The notes: generated from the sequence alone by a model not told the origin. A stretch of 64,000 nt of DNA from Tubiluchus corallicola (GCA_030141605.1 JAQGDQ010000528.1:1-64000), one strand, 5' to 3'. Positions 1-15,119 are shown, counted from the stretch's first letter. Numbers and translations: made by a program.

Positions 1-272
1 TTTGTCTACGTCTGCTACTGCAAACATCCGATCTACAAACAATGAGTTTGAGGCCATTCCCAGGGCTTCAGCAAACTCAGAACGAGTTAATTCTGTATTC
101 AGCAATTCATCAGCTGCAGCTGGGTCGCGGGATTTCTGAGTTTTTGTTGCAGTTGGTATCTCGAACACCTGAGAATATAATAATTTTATGTCTTCTTTTA
201 AGGACAATCTCATACGATCTGAAGCGAGTTGGATTTCAAATTATGGCTTAAAAGCAAATTGCAGTAATCCTA

Positions 273-760
273 GATGACATCATTAGTTTACAAAGTAGCG
301 AGATGACATCATTAGTTTACAAAGTAGCGAGATGACATCATTAGTTTACAAAGTAGCGAGATGACATCATTAGTTTACAAAGTAGCAAGATGACATCATT
401 AGTTTACAAAGTAGCGAGATGACATCATTAGTTTACAAAGTAGCGAGATGACATCATTAGTTTGCAAAGTAGCGAGATGACATCATTAGTTTACAAAGTA
501 GCGAGATAACATCATTAGTTTACAAAGTAGCGAGATGACATCATTAGTTTGCAAAGTAGCGAGATGACATCATTAGTTTGCAAAGTAGCGAGATGACATC
601 ATTAGTTTGCAAAGTAGCGAGATGACATCATTAGTTTGCAAAGTAGCGAGACGACATCATTAGTTTACAAAGTAGCGAGATGACATCATTAGTTTGCAAA
701 GTAGCGAGATGACATCATTAGTTTACAAAGTCGCGAGATGACATCATTAGTTTACAAAGT
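273..760. repeat. Minisatellite, 29-bp unit GAGATGACATCATTAGTTTACAAAGTAGC, ~17 copies
   Basis: Direct tandem units, A/G variant at tttRca, no spacers. Confidence 0.97.
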
Positions 761-1601
761 AAGCATAATGCCAGATCACAGGAACTCAGTTAAGAATGTT
801 GGTAAGCAGACTCTCTTGCTAAGAAAAAGAGAAACACATTTTCTATCACACAAACAAACCCACGCGTTGATATTTTCATCAACGATGAAAATAAAACGAG
901 CAAAAACTCTATTGGTAACATTTTCTGAGGACCGGTGGGTGACTTGGGATAAGGGTTAAAGTAGGAAGATAACAACAGAATCAGAAAACCACAATTTTGG
1001 AAACCACTTGATGGAATCAAGTTCATTATCAAATTTTCTTGAAGCGGTTGTTCGTCATTAACAGCAAAACAACATCTTGTAATGAATTCATCAGATAGGT
1101 GGTCAAAAGGAAAAAAATGCTTTTATAAGCAGTTGTTCTGTATCTAGTTAAATCTGAATAAAACACAGATCATAGACGATTACTTCGATGTATAAATAAA
1201 AAATCCTGCTTTTTGCGTCTTGCATATATATATAGGTCCAAATAAACACCACAAACATAAAACATTACAGATACCACACAAGAAATATAAAACATTACAG
1301 ATACTACTTCATGTTCATTCATTCTGCAATGTAAAGTGGGATTAGTTATCCCATATTACTATCATATTATTACGAACTGAAAGATTACAGTTCAACAAAC
1401 ACAGCTACAATAACATAAGAACGCCCTCCTTTATTAACCGTCCTGCTTTTTGCTACGTGCTCTTATGATTGATGCAGCAAATGTAGGTACTGTTTGTGCA
1501 AATACGAGTTTCCTGGTAACATCAACGTTCTTATTGACTTTCAACTCTCATCGTTATTCACCGTATCACCTTATCACGTAATATAGACCAAAGAAGCCTA
1601 C

Positions 1602-1705
1602 CGTAGCACATGGCTTCGTAGATTCAACCCCTGGTAAAGATCGGTTAGCTGCGCCTGGTACGATGACGCCAGCGCGTTTACTATACGCTTCAGTCGCTTT
1701 TCCAT
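1602..1705 (-). CDS. Candidate alternative first coding exon of a gene continuing left of the window (MEKRLKRIVNALASSYQAQLTDLYQGLNLRSHVLR)
   Basis: CpG-rich block, aaaATGG start context, 104 nt open frame, phase-2 donor CG|gtaggc. Product not recognisable. Confidence 0.4.
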
Positions 1706-1899
1706 TTTCAAAAATATCGAAAATCGTGATCCGTATCCTAATGGGCAGCAAAGTTTTCTGTAGGCACCATCGCTCGATTAGTTACGGCTGGTGAATAGTG
1801 ATGCATTTATTTCAAATCATTGTAAGATGTGCAAACTTATCGGCTATTACAATAAGCTGTTTTTAATTCTCTTTAACATCAGCTTGTGCTGTAAGATAG

Positions 1900-2480
1900 T
1901 TGAGTATTAATTACTAACAAATCAACAGTTAATACTAACTGAATAGTAAGAAAACTGACACTAATAATTTACTATCAAACTAATACTTAAAACTAATAAT
2001 TTAATATCAAACCAACAGTCAATACTAATAATTTACTATCAAATTAATAGTTAACACTAATAATTTAATATCAAACCAACAGTTAATACTAATGCTTCAC
2101 TATCAAAATAACTGTATAGTAAGTAAACTGACTGTACACTAATAATTTACTATCAAATTAACAGTTAACAGTAATAATTTAATATCAAACCAACAGTTAA
2201 TACTAATGCTTTACTATCAAAATAAGTGCATAGTAAACAAACTAACTGTACACTAATAATTTACTATCAAACTAACAGTTAATACTAGTAATTTACTATC
2301 ACAACAACAGTCAGTACTCATAATTTACTATGAAACCAAGGGTCGATACTAGTGATTTACAATCAAACTGACTGCATAGTAAGCAAACTAACTGCATACT
2401 CACAATTTACTATCAAGCGCACAGTTAACACTAATAATTTACTATCAAACCAAAAGTTACACTAAAAATTTACAATCAAA
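1900..2480. repeat. Degenerate ~31-bp tandem repeat (aactaacagttaatactaataatttactatca)
   Basis: Recurrent taatttactatcaaa motif. Confidence 0.85.
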
Positions 2481-3370
2481 TATCTTTTTTGTTTCTAAAG
2501 AGAGAATGACATTCTTGTGAAACAAGAGAATCGTTAAACGATAATCATCTTACTAAATGCATAAATCTCGTAAATCTGTAATTTACTAGGCATTAAGGCG
2601 CTGTTGTTTGGAATAAATTATCGTCGTCTGTTCAAAGCGCATTCAATCGATGCTTTAAAACATACATCTAGAATTAAACAAGCTATTGATGCAGCTTCCC
2701 ACATAAGTGTATTTCATCTCAACAAAGTATTTTATGCATTTCATCTACCCACTGTGCATCACCGCTTCTTATTGATGACCGATTTGATATCAGATTTACT
2801 GCATTTTAACTGACTGTTGCAGAATTTCAGGGGACAAGTAAGGGCTAAATAAGCCTTCGCAAATTACAAAAGTCGCTTTTTTAAAATTCACTGACGTTTT
2901 GAATCATGAAATTATTGTAAATAGAGTTTTCTATTTTTATTTCTATAGCATGTTTGTATGTACTTTAAATGACAACAAAACAATCTTGAAAAGAACGTGT
3001 AAACACTGCTATAGCGTTTTGCACAGGTTGGCGACATCTACTGAGAAAAATGATGAAGTAGTGCAACCTGCTACCCTTTAAAGTCGTCTCTTTAAAGCAA
3101 AGAGCAAAATTCTCGACACCAGCTTGTCAGCTGTGCCTTACTGCTCTCACGGTTACTACAGTTACACTCTACTGCACTATTAACCCCCCCCCGGACTCTA
3201 GAAGAACATGAATTCTCCCAGCATGTTGTTCTGTCACGTGAGCGCTGAACTGGATCCGACATATCGTCGGATAATCGGATTTAAAGTAATAGCAGCTATA
3301 CAGCCGAGCCCTGCATTCATCAATCAACTGTAAACCACAGACAAATTAAACAAATCATTCTCGGTGTTGT

Positions 3371-3906
<536 letters not shown>

Positions 3907-5815
3907 GATCAGAATATACAAGAGATTATAAATAAGGGTGAAAAAATCATTTCTAACAAAATGACTCCAATCATTCATTCGTTTGCTTGTTCGTTCGTTC
4001 TTTATTCAACTAGCCCAACAAAAATTCAGTCAGTCAAGAATCGTATGTGCAGCATGCAATTGATGGGCATGCAGTCAGTCAGCCTTGTTATTCATCCATT
4101 CAGGCATCTCAGTCAAGCAGTTAATCAATCATACAATCAATAATGCAGACTATATATTCGTACAGTGAGGAACCTGGAAGAGAACCTGCAGAAATAATTT
4201 TCCGACCAGTCACCCATCGTTTACTGACCAAACTTGGCACTACATATACTCCATTGCTAAGTACAGAATATAATATGGCTTCACAAATAAAACATGGGAA
4301 CTGACTCATCCCACGCACAAATTTCTTTCGTTTTTTTGTTCAATTAATTTTTCTATCCTTATATTCATTCATTCATCCAGGCATTAATTAATTAATGTAC
4401 TGTAGGCTAAACTGTGCAGTGTGACCTGAGTGAACAATGCACTACACTGCACTGCAGTGTACATTCCATCAAATTCTGCCTCGAATCAGCAGCTCATAGC
4501 CGAGAAGTTGGCAGACGAAAATAAAATTAGCCTACATGTCTGCATGTACAACAGCTTCTGTAATCAGCAATAATTCAACGCGCGCGGGGAATTCTGGGTC
4601 GATGACGCAACAATACAAATACCCTGGACATCCAGGTGTCGATAAATCACAAAAAATTGCATCAAAATTCGTGAAAGAATAACTGTCGCTCGAAAAGATT
4701 AACACTGCCAAGTCTAACTATAGGCAGAGTACAAGCCGATGATTTTCAAATTCAGAATACCTTCCCGGATAGAAAAAGCACGGAGCCACCCTACCCACCC
4801 AGATCTATGCATCACCTTCGAGGCAAAAAGAAAGAACAACAGATAGCAAACATCATTAACATTGTAGTCACGACCTTACTGCATAATCCATCCGAAAATC
4901 AATTCATTCAAGAGGAAGAACACGGCCATTCTAATTCATCTTGGATGCTGCGTAACCATGGTAACACTTCGCCCGGGGTTTGGCTGTGAATAATTAAATG
5001 GACGTCGGTCCAACTTCAAATGAAGAAAATTCCGCCGCAAAGTTTCCACAAACTGCCCTCATGGTTCACAGATGGCAAATTCATGGTATCGCGAGACCTT
5101 CCCAAACGTGAAAACAGCCTATATAGAAAACGTTGCTGCAGCCACATTGATGTGATGTGATTAATAGACGTCCCATGAGAAGGTCCCAGGGCTACAACGA
5201 CTTGTCTTAAGGTCTGTAAAACCACCAGGGCAAAAAATTCCTCCCGCAAGGTTAACGCGTCTGACAAAATCTAAAAAATGTCAGACACGTTCCATGAACG
5301 AAAGCTGAAACATTCACTTTACATTAAACATAAACTACTTAAAGAGTCCTACACTCTCTATGGCCTAACTTCTCAGCAACTCAGACTAAGTGAATCAGTC
5401 AGTCAGTCAGTCAGTCAGTGCATACACGATACACGCTGAGGAAGCAGCTTCAATGAGAAATGCCCCATGAGAAAAATTGTCTCCAGGCAGAATTTTATTC
5501 CAATCTAAAAGAAAAAGTTTACTAACAACTTTCTTGCATTTCCGAATAATTCACTTAGGCCCTAACAGAATGGAGAATAAACAGTTACAACTGACGTCAT
5601 TTTTGGGGATGTACAATAATCCAACAGTAAAAACACAAATGTTAAAATGAAACACAATAGGAAATCCACAGCTAAGGGACTTGTGTAGGCGTACAGTACA
5701 CAGCATTATCAGTTATTCAGTGGGCGTTAAACTACACTTTAAACAAACTAGCATAGATCACTCCAACAAACACAGCTAGGAGTTACAGTAAAAAAGTGAA
5801 GGTACGACTAATATA

Positions 5816-5960
5816 GCATGCTAAGTGAAGTATCATTAACACAGATGGGCGCTTAGAGAGCACAGACTCTGGCAGGTCGTTGATGAATAGCAGCAGAAAT
5901 AACGTGAGAGCAATTACAGACCCTTGGGGAACACCAGTTATAGTCACAATGCAGTACATA
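5816..5960 (-). mobile_element. LINE (CR1/L2 group) reverse transcriptase fragment
   Basis: ITGVPQGSVIALTLFLLLFINDLP matches the RT motif GVPQGSVLGPxLFxxFINDL. Confidence 0.8.
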
Positions 5961-6321
5961 TTAGTTGCTTTAGAATTCAAGAGAGCCAAAGCAAACAATC
6001 ACTAACGTTTCTAAACCTTTATATGAAATTAACTATGTACTGCATTGAAGTCAGTATCTTGTTTATGCAACAACAACTTACAACTGAAGCAAACAAACAA
6101 ACAAAAAATAAAAATACATTGCAAACTAACACGAAAATTACACAACTGTTGAATTTGAACATCGGAACAACAGTTTACACAGCTTCTCCTGGTCAGGAAA
6201 AGTTACTGAGGAAGCCGGGAAAAGGATGAGTCTAATTAACCCAAGCCAACATTAATTCACGGAGGTTACGTAACCTCTCATCAGTGAAGCCATTATGCAT
6301 CACTAATGTCCACATTACCGG

Positions 6322-6752
6322 GCTTCACACCAATCAAATGTGACACTGCAATACAATAGTAGAGAAGGCGTATCTAAGACCGGGCTGCAGACCAATCAAA
6401 TGTGACACTGAAATACAATAGCAGAGAAGGCGAATCCAAGTCTGAGTTTCACACCAGTCAAATGTGACGCTGAAATACAATAGTAGAGAAGGCGAATCCA
6501 AGTCTGAGTTTCACACCAGTCAAATGTGACACTGCAATACAATAGTAGAGAAGGCGTATCTAAGACCGGGCTGCAGACCAATCAAATGTGACACTGAAAT
6601 ACAATAGTAGAGAAGGCGAATCCAAGTTTGAGTTTCACACCAGTCAAATGTGACACTGCAATACAATAGTAGAGAAGGCGTATCCAAAACTGAGTTTCAC
6701 ACCAAACACATATGACACTGCAATGCAGCAGTAAAGAAGGCGTATCCAAGAC
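6322..6752. repeat. 62-bp minisatellite, ~7 copies, with 3-unit higher-order structure
   Basis: Unit caccagtcaaatgtgacactgcaatacaatagtagagaaggcg...; the ctgcagacc variant recurs ~186 bp apart. Confidence 0.93.
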
Positions 6753-7115
6753 AAGCTTTTGACCGGATTCAGTGGTTAGGTAGGAAAGTTTTTCTGAACG
6801 TATGAAATACTTAAATAAATGAATTTACTTTCACAACGGTTACATTTACTTGTGAGTAAAACGTTAAATAACGGCAATAGATCACAAACTCGCCATAAAC
6901 GATAATTAACGAGACACATTAACGAGAGCCTACATCATATCCCGGCATGCAGTGCGATTTACGACCTAGCCATTAATGTCTAGGACACGCGGTAGCAGCT
7001 GTCTGCAGTTTATATAATAACCTTATATTACCCTAGTTTCATTATTAAAACGTGCAAGCGCAATAATGTGGTTCTTTTGTAAATCAATCATTTTGTAATT
7101 TTCCTTCTAGTGTGT

Positions 7116-7600
7116 TAAAGGAGAAGAGAAGGCAATTTTAAAGTGTGGCCCAAAAAACTCTTCACTCAAAGTTATATTACTTAACATTTTACGTTTACCT
7201 GCTGAAAGATTTGCGTAACTAGAAAAAATTCTCCGTAATTTGAAATGTTCGGACAAATTGTAATATCTACACTGACTCACCTTCCCAGCATGTATCACTG
7301 ACTCATCAAAAAGCGTATTTTAAATATTACTGATAAGATACAGTAATTTATGCCTTTGCTTAGTTAGTGAAATGGACGCATTTGTAATGCTCTGATAATT
7401 TTTTTCCCTTTATGCAATGCTATATCAACTTGTTTTAAACGACACCTTTAACATGGCTGCACCTAACAGTCATCGCGAGAGTTAACTATTAACACAATCT
7501 CTGTATACAATAAGATGACACAAATTGCAAGACGAATTCTTTAAGCTTTATTTACGAACAATGTTTTCTTGTGCTTCAAAATATGACATTGCCTAATGTA
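7116..7600 (+). mobile_element. Interspersed repeat family copy (TTAA-AGG terminus, Kolobok-like non-autonomous element); related copies at ~16686-17010, ~29140-29430, ~45860-46110
   Basis: Shared segments ccaaaaact..cac.caaagttatattacttaac, tattgacaagatacagtaattta and atggctgcacctaac recur at the listed positions; two copies begin TTAAAG. Confidence 0.55.
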
Positions 7601-8549
7601 CTACAATCAATGACTGCCATATTCCAACAAAATATTGTAGCGTTTTATACGTCATTTCTATAAAAAAAATAAAAAAGGCCATTTTACAAATTTGCATTTA
7701 ATTCTCTAGTTCTAGACTTTAGTAAACACAAAATCACGCATTAAATAAACCTAATTTGGTAATTTTACTAATTTATGCCACGTTCTATCGAATTTATAAG
7801 ATTGTCATTCATTAAACTAAATTGTTCAAAGTGATCAGTTCATAATAATTCAAAATAATACACAAAATGATGCATTTAGTTACATCGTATGTCTCCATAA
7901 AGCAAGTCTAGTATTTACTAATATATCTGTCAAATTATGCCACCATCATACTGTGAAAAACTACTTTTAAAGAAGCTTGTTAGCTCACTTGCCCAGGTAG
8001 AAACAGATCTGCACAGGTGAGTGACCGTGGTCACGTGACCAACGAGATACTTGGCGAAATTCCCTACACCTAGTTTATCTGATTAATCTGATTTATCATA
8101 TCAGTAAAAACAGCGACGATCTAATTGCCCTAATTCTCCTAAACAAAAACATATCAAAATTGCTATCCCATAATTTCTCTCAAATTTTCTCAGTCTCACA
8201 TCAGCAACAATGACTACACAAAATTGCTGCTGCAAATTTTACAACTCAATTCACACCACACAGTAACCTCCTGCTGTATTATAAAATCCTCGACATCAAC
8301 CTTCGTAAACATAAACAACATTCCAGAAGCATAAACTAGTAAACAATCCCCGACTCCCTCCAATAAACAAGAGAAATAAGCCAGTATAGCAATTTATTAT
8401 AAAGCGCAAAAACTTTCGCTGGTCTAAACCTGTGAATTCATACGTGAAAATCGCGAAAATTCAGACTTGACAAACAGCGAAAACGCCGACTAATGAAATA
8501 TCGTAAGTACTGCAGCCCCAAATTCCTGTGACCCATTTACATAAGAATG

Positions 8550-9340
8550 GCATTACAAGAAAGTATGTGGCTATTGGCTGGTAGGCTGGCGTGCCTGTTG
8601 AGAGATAGTAACAATCAATATAGTGTACAGTCAGAATGTGGCTTCCGAAGCCAAAGAAGTAGAGATGCAGAGCATTGGATTCAGCTAGAGCTGCAGGCTG
8701 GAAACAGTAAAAACCCAGTGTCAATAGACCATAAACACTTATTGGTAGTTGGCAGGGTAATAAAAGGTCGAAGTGTGTCACTCAGAAGAGTTGAAAAGTG
8801 ATGGTATAAAACCTACAATTAGAACTGGCAGAAATGTGCAGAGATTTTGTCAATTTTTCTGATGGAAGAAGATCGAGAGCAAAGCATTTGAGAGAGAAAC
8901 TGAGAGAAAGCTCTAGAATAAGAAAAAGAATTAGTAGTAAATTTTGATTCATTCGTGGGTGGGATATTGAAATGGAAAAGTTCTTGACAAAAACTCGTGG
9001 ATGGAAGAAAATATGTAACAAAGAAATACAGAAAATGGAGGTAACGCAGAAAGAAGAGTAGAGACAAAGAAATGCTAATGACAGTACTAATAATGTACGA
9101 ACTTATGAAGCGGAGAGATTTACACTTGAATGCAGAAACAATTGTGTAAAAACGTACAAAACTGGGAAGCAGGAGTAGTAAAGTAGCGTAAAATCTTGAA
9201 CTGAAAAATATAGAAAATGGACGTAAACCAATGAGATGAGAGCAGATAAAGAAATGATGGTTATAGTTCTGATAGTAACTAAACTCGTGAAGCATTGAGG
9301 GAGAATAATCAGAAGAAAAACGCAGAAAAAAAGAACGACA
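8550..9340 (+). mobile_element. Decayed LINE ORF2 remnant (end of APE endonuclease to start of RT)
   Basis: Purine-rich, stop-riddled. IDHKHLLVVGRV resembles SDHxLV, and LKNIENGRKP resembles LKxMKNGKAPG. Confidence 0.35.
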
Positions 9341-9378
9341 TACAAAAGCAGCATAAAACCCTGAGCTGAAGAAGTTCT

Positions 9379-11560
9379 GTAAATAACAAGAAACAGAGTA
9401 TTGCTAAACCAGTGTAAATAACAAGAAACAGAGTATTGCTAAACCAGTGTAAATAACAAGAAACAGAGTATTGCTAAACCAGTGTAAATAACAAGAAACA
9501 GAGTACTGCTAAACCAGTGTAAATAACAAGAAACAGAGTACTGCTACACCAGTGTAAATAACAAGAAACAGAGTACTGCTAAACCAGTGTAAATAACAAG
9601 AAACAGAGTACTGCTAAACCAGTGTAAATAACAAGAAACAGAGTACTGCTAAACCAGTGTAAATAACAAGAAACAGAGTACTGCTAAACCAGTGTAAATA
9701 ACAAGAAACAGAGTACTGCTAAACCAGCGTAAATAACAAGAAACAGAGTACTGCTAAACCAGCGTAAATAACAAGAAACAGAGTACTGCTAAACCAGCGT
9801 AAATAACAAGAAACACAGTACTGCTAAACCAGCGTAAATAACAAGAAACACAGTACTGCTAAACCAGCGTAAATAACAAGAAACAGAGTACTGCTAAACC
9901 AGCGTAAATAACAAGAAACAGAGTACTGCTAAACCAGCGTAAATAACAAGAAACAGAGTACTGCTAAACCAGTGTAAATAACAAGAAACAGAGTACTGCT
10001 AAACCAGTGTAAATAACAAGAAACAGAGTACTGCTAAACCAGTGTAAATAACGAAACAGAGTACTGCTAAACCAGTGTAAATAACAAGAAACAGAGTACT
10101 GCTAAACCAGTGTAAATAACAAGAAACAGAGTACTGCTAAACAGTAAATAACAAGAAACAGAGTACTGCTAAACCAGTGTAAATAACAAGAAACAGAGTA
10201 CTGCTAAACCAGTGTAAATAACAAGAAACAGAGTACTGCTAAACCAGTGTAAATAACAAGAAACAGAGTACTGCTAAACCAGCGTAAATAACAAGAAACA
10301 GAGTACTGCTAAACCAGGTAAATAACAAGAAACAGAGTACTGCTAAACCAGTGTAAATAACAAGAAACAGAGTACTGCTAAACCAGCGTAAATAACAAGA
10401 AACAGAGTACTGCTAAACCAGCGTAAATAACAAGAAACAGAGTACTGCTAAACCAGTGTAAATAACAAGAAACAGAGTACTGCTAAACCAGCGTAAATAA
10501 CAAGAAACAGAGTACTGCTAAACCAGCGTAAATAACAAGAAACAGAGTACTGCTAAACCAGCGTAAATAACAAGAAACACAGTACAGCTAAACCAGCGTA
10601 AATAACAAGAAACACAGTACTGCTAAACCAGCGTAAATAACAAGAAACAGAGTACTGCTAAACCAGCGTAAATAACAAGAAACAGAGTACTGCTAAACCA
10701 GCGTAAATAACAAGAAACAGAGTACTGCTAAACCAGTGTAAATAACAAGAAACAGAGTACTGCTAAACCAGTGTAAATAACAAGAAACAGAGTACTGCTA
10801 AACCAGCGTAAATAACAAGAAACAGAGTACTGCTAAACCAGTGTAAATAACAAGAAACAGAGTACTGCTAAACCAGCATAAATAACAAGAATCAGAGTAC
10901 TGCTAAACCAGCGTAAATAACAAGAAACAGAGTACTGCTAAACCAGCGTAAATAACAAGAAACAGAGTACTTCTAAACCAGCATAAATAACAAGAAACAG
11001 AGTACTGCTAACCAGTGTAAATAACAAGAAACAGAGTACTGCTAACCAGTGTAAATAACAAGAAACAGAGTACTGCTAAACCAGCGTAAATAACAAGAAA
11101 CACAGTACTGCTAAACCAGTGTAAATAACAAGAAACAGAGTACTGCTAAACCAGTGTAAATAACAAGAAACAGAGTACTGCTAAACCAGTGTAAATAACA
11201 AGAAACACAGTACTGCTAAACCAGTGTAAATAACAAGAAACACAGTACTGCTAAACCAGTGTAAATAACAAGAAACAGAGTACTGCTAACCAGTGTAAAT
11301 AACAAGAAACAGAGTACTGCTAAACCAGCGTAAATAACAAGAAACACAGTACTGCTAAACCAGTGTAAATAACAAGAAACAGAGTACTGCTAAACCAGCG
11401 TAAATAACAAGAAACAGAGTACTGCTAAACCAGCGTAAATAACAAAAAACAGAGTACTGCTAAACCAGCGTAAATAACAAGAAACAGAGTACTGCTAAAC
11501 CAGTGTAAATAACAAGAAACAGAGTACTGCTAAACCAGCGTAAATAAAAAAAAAACAGAG
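9379..11560. repeat. 35-bp minisatellite GTAAATAACAAGAAACAGAGTACTGCTAAACCAGY, ~62 copies
   Basis: Highly homogeneous tandem array. Confidence 0.98.
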
Positions 11561-12046
11561 CAATTGCGTGGTGAGCTCAAAAAATGTCAGCTGGAAGGAA
11601 AATTGTTTTTCAAAAAATTCTCTTTGTCAAAAATACGTTTTATACGACTGCATCAGGTGAGAATATCAGCACATAAAAATTATAGATCTCCCGGCCTGGG
11701 AATGCGATAAATAATCACCCTGGCAATTAGACTGAAACAAGCATTTTTACTGTCGGCTTTAGGCAGCCCATCGTGCATCGTTCTAATGACTATTTAATGT
11801 ACTTACCTAATTACTCTTTTATATCCAATCCCTCTAAGTCCTACAGCACGGCTGGATGATCAGCCTGAGTTGATATTCATACACTAGACAACACTACAAG
11901 AGATTCGGTAAGTGCACTCCTTTGTTCAATACATCCAAACTGTGTTTATAATGTATACCACTACCTCTGCAATAAATATACAAAGATGGAGTTAGAAAAA
12001 CTTCTCTCACAAACAGAATTTATGATAATTCTTATTTTTTATGAGC

Positions 12047-12416
12047 AGTGTCACTTGCCTCACTGTGCCGTGTCATTTGCCACATTGGGCAGGGTAACTT
12101 GCCACACTGTGCTGTGTCACTTGCAACATTGAGTAGTGTCACTTGTCACACTGCGCTGTGTCACTTGCCACACTGCGCAGTGTCACTTGCAACATTGAGT
12201 AGTGTCACTTGTCACACTGCGCTGTGTCACTTGCCACACTGCGCAGTGTCACTTGCAACATTGAGTAGTGTCACTTGCCACACTGTGCTGTGTCACTTGC
12301 CACACTGGACAGTGTCACTTGCCACACTGCGCTATGTCACTTGCCACACTGGGCTGTGTCACTTGCCACACTGGGCTGTGTCACTTGCCACACTGCGCTA
12401 TGTCACTTGCCACATT
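12047..12416. repeat. 22-bp minisatellite GTGTCACTTGCCACACTG(n)4 with 66-bp higher-order repeat
   Basis: ttgcaacattgagta variant at 12121, 12187, 12253. Confidence 0.95.
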
Positions 12417-13460
12417 GCTCCTGCCTCCATACATTTACCTCAATATGTGGCTGAAACACATCAATTCTATGTCTATTCTATGATTCTATGATTTATTCTA
12501 TGTCTCACCTAAATACACTAAAATTATTTTTTGTATGAATTAGGCTATAATCGCACCATTAACCTTAGCTCTGCTGTGTAAAGATGCAGGTTTGCTGAAT
12601 GATCAACTGTATTGTTGTACAACTAAGCATTTTCTATACATGTTTTATAAAACAAAACAATCAGGAACAACACAGAATGCCAGAGTATTTCAAAAGAACA
12701 CACAAGGTGTCATCATCACATCTGAGAAAAAAGCACAGATCTGATGACTAGGACTAGTGTATTCTTGAAATGCCATTTTAATAATAAATTTTTTGAAAAA
12801 GCATAATATTGTGGGATTTTGTCTTAAAACGTTTCACCTTGCTTGCAAAAAGTTTCATAGTAAGCAAAAGTGATTTTACTGAAATCACCCATCCGTATAC
12901 TACCTAGGCACAGCACTGCTAAACTTCACAGCAGTTCCAATCACTCTGGACACTCTGGTCACTGTGTGCCAAAAAAGTGGGTAAAAACTCAAACACAAGT
13001 TGTATTTTCATTCCTTCACAGAATCTGCTAGCTTTAATAATTGCTAGTTGACATACTCTTTTCCTGTTTGTTCAGCAGAACCATGAAAACCAGTAATTGC
13101 AACACAAAGAGAAGCCAGATTGCATGGCTTCTAATATCCACATCCTCCTCATCACAATGAAACATAAATTGATTGGGTAATCAGCAGAAAGGAGGAACCA
13201 GAAGAGCGACCAGTGAATCACGAACCAATGAGTCAAGATGAGAAAGAGATGCCTGTTTGTTGTGTGTGCTGAAGCCAAATCAATTCTCCATTTCTCTTTC
13301 TGCTGTTTGAAATGGGCAGTTTGGTGAAGCCATGCTGAGGGAATTCAATAGATAAACTTGTCATCAAGTTGTATAGAGGGTGAATTCCACTAGGAGGCTG
13401 CAGATGATTTAATCTGGAAAGAAGGCTAGGAATGGAGACTAAACAACACACGCACGCATG

Positions 13461-13679
<219 letters not shown>

Positions 13680-14251
13680 TTGTACACGTCAGAATTTAAG
13701 CTTTTTTCAAATGGCCACGTATAACCTAACCACTTATTAACCTAACATGAAGACCCAATTTGCACAAGTCAGGAAATCTAAAATCAGGATACAAAATGAA
13801 TGTAACTAAAATCAACACTTCAGAACGTTTCTAATATTTTTTCTACATTCATTGTTAACTTTAAAACGAGATGACCCTTCACTTATATCAAGCTTAAAAA
13901 TTCCTCTTCATATTATATACGACTTACATACTGTCTCATTGCAAATAGAGTTTGTATTAGCAATAACTTGAAAATTTAAACCACTGCTCGACCACCGTTT
14001 TGTGTAGCCTTTTTGACAATAAGTCATTTCAAACACTGTGAAAAGTTTGAAAAATAATAAGAGGATTCGCAGCACACACTTCACAAACTAGGCAAAATTT
14101 AAAATTTCCGTATCTTGTCAATAAGATCAAAAATAGGTTTTTTTGCGAACCAGTGGTGCACACTTGTGGAGGAATTCAATTCATTCGTCAACAACGGAAC
14201 AAATTCACGATCATTAGTTTTTTATGCAAAATTTAATCGAACGAAAAAACA

Positions 14252-14325
14252 TTCGGAAAAAGCTGGATTTGAACCGCGGATCTTTGAATTACAAATTGTA
14301 CATTTGTTCCACTGTTAGCTGATAA
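14252..14325 (-). mobile_element. Degenerate tRNA-derived (SINE head or tRNA pseudogene) sequence
   Basis: A-box-like AGCTAACAGTGGAA and B-box GGTTCAAATCC at tRNA spacing, anticodon-loop-like TTTGTAA; stems poorly paired. Confidence 0.5.
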
Positions 14326-15119
14326 TCTTGAAACGAAAAGTGAAAACCATTAATACGTATTCATGACTTAAAAAGACACTAGAGCAGTGTGATTAGGCTA
14401 TATGTAAGCATGCCAATAACGTGAAAGAAACACCACCAACAACAACAACAACAACAACAACAGTCAGCGACATTTACCAATTGGCGCGAACATTTTAAAT
14501 TATAAGTATTTTCTTGTCCAATCACATAAGCCTTTCATACTGCATTTTTTGAGATAAACTTTAAAATTCCCTATGCTTCCCCTTGAAATATTTCATTTCC
14601 GTTTCTGTTCCTGTGGCAACATTCGAACCACTGAAAAGCTTAAGATGAAGTTTCTTTGTGAAAATCGCGAACAAAGCAACACAAAGAAAGTTTATAACTG
14701 CACGTGAAATTATTATTAGTGAAAACCACTTCTTTCTGGTAGCTATTACTTTGTCTGATGGTTGCTGTATTTATAAAATACTGATCCTATAACTGCAAAA
14801 TGTGCATAACACCAGTGCTGATTATTTTTACAACTTTTTGCTCTATTTGTTTACGTTCAGGCAAAAACGAGTTGTTAATTTGAGATGTTTTGCGCCGAGG
14901 AATCAATGAACTTGAAATAATTTTTCAAAAATAAAACAAGCTGTTTTTTCGGCTTGGTTGCAAGACATTACACCCACGGAGGCTGCGTTTCAGACTCCCA
15001 GACGCACTGGGTCACGTGTGTTGCTTCCAGTGCAGGGGATCAGTGGGACAAAAAAAAAACTGTATGAAAGTGATGAAAAGTAGGCTAAGCCAATGAGAAA
15101 AGAAGTAAGCTTGTGAGTC

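Noticed and set aside
273-760. 29-bp repeats as a CRISPR array (likewise the 35-, 26-, 30-, 41- and 60-bp arrays)
   Set aside because: Units are head-to-tail with no unique spacers, no cas genes, and the context is eukaryotic.
12048-12491. 147-aa Cys/His-rich ORF suggesting a metal-binding repeat protein
   Set aside because: Product of a stop-free 22-bp minisatellite, open in more than one frame, with no gene structure.
14252-14325. Functional tRNA gene
   Set aside because: B-box present, but acceptor, D and anticodon stems do not pair properly; treated as a SINE or pseudo-tRNA.
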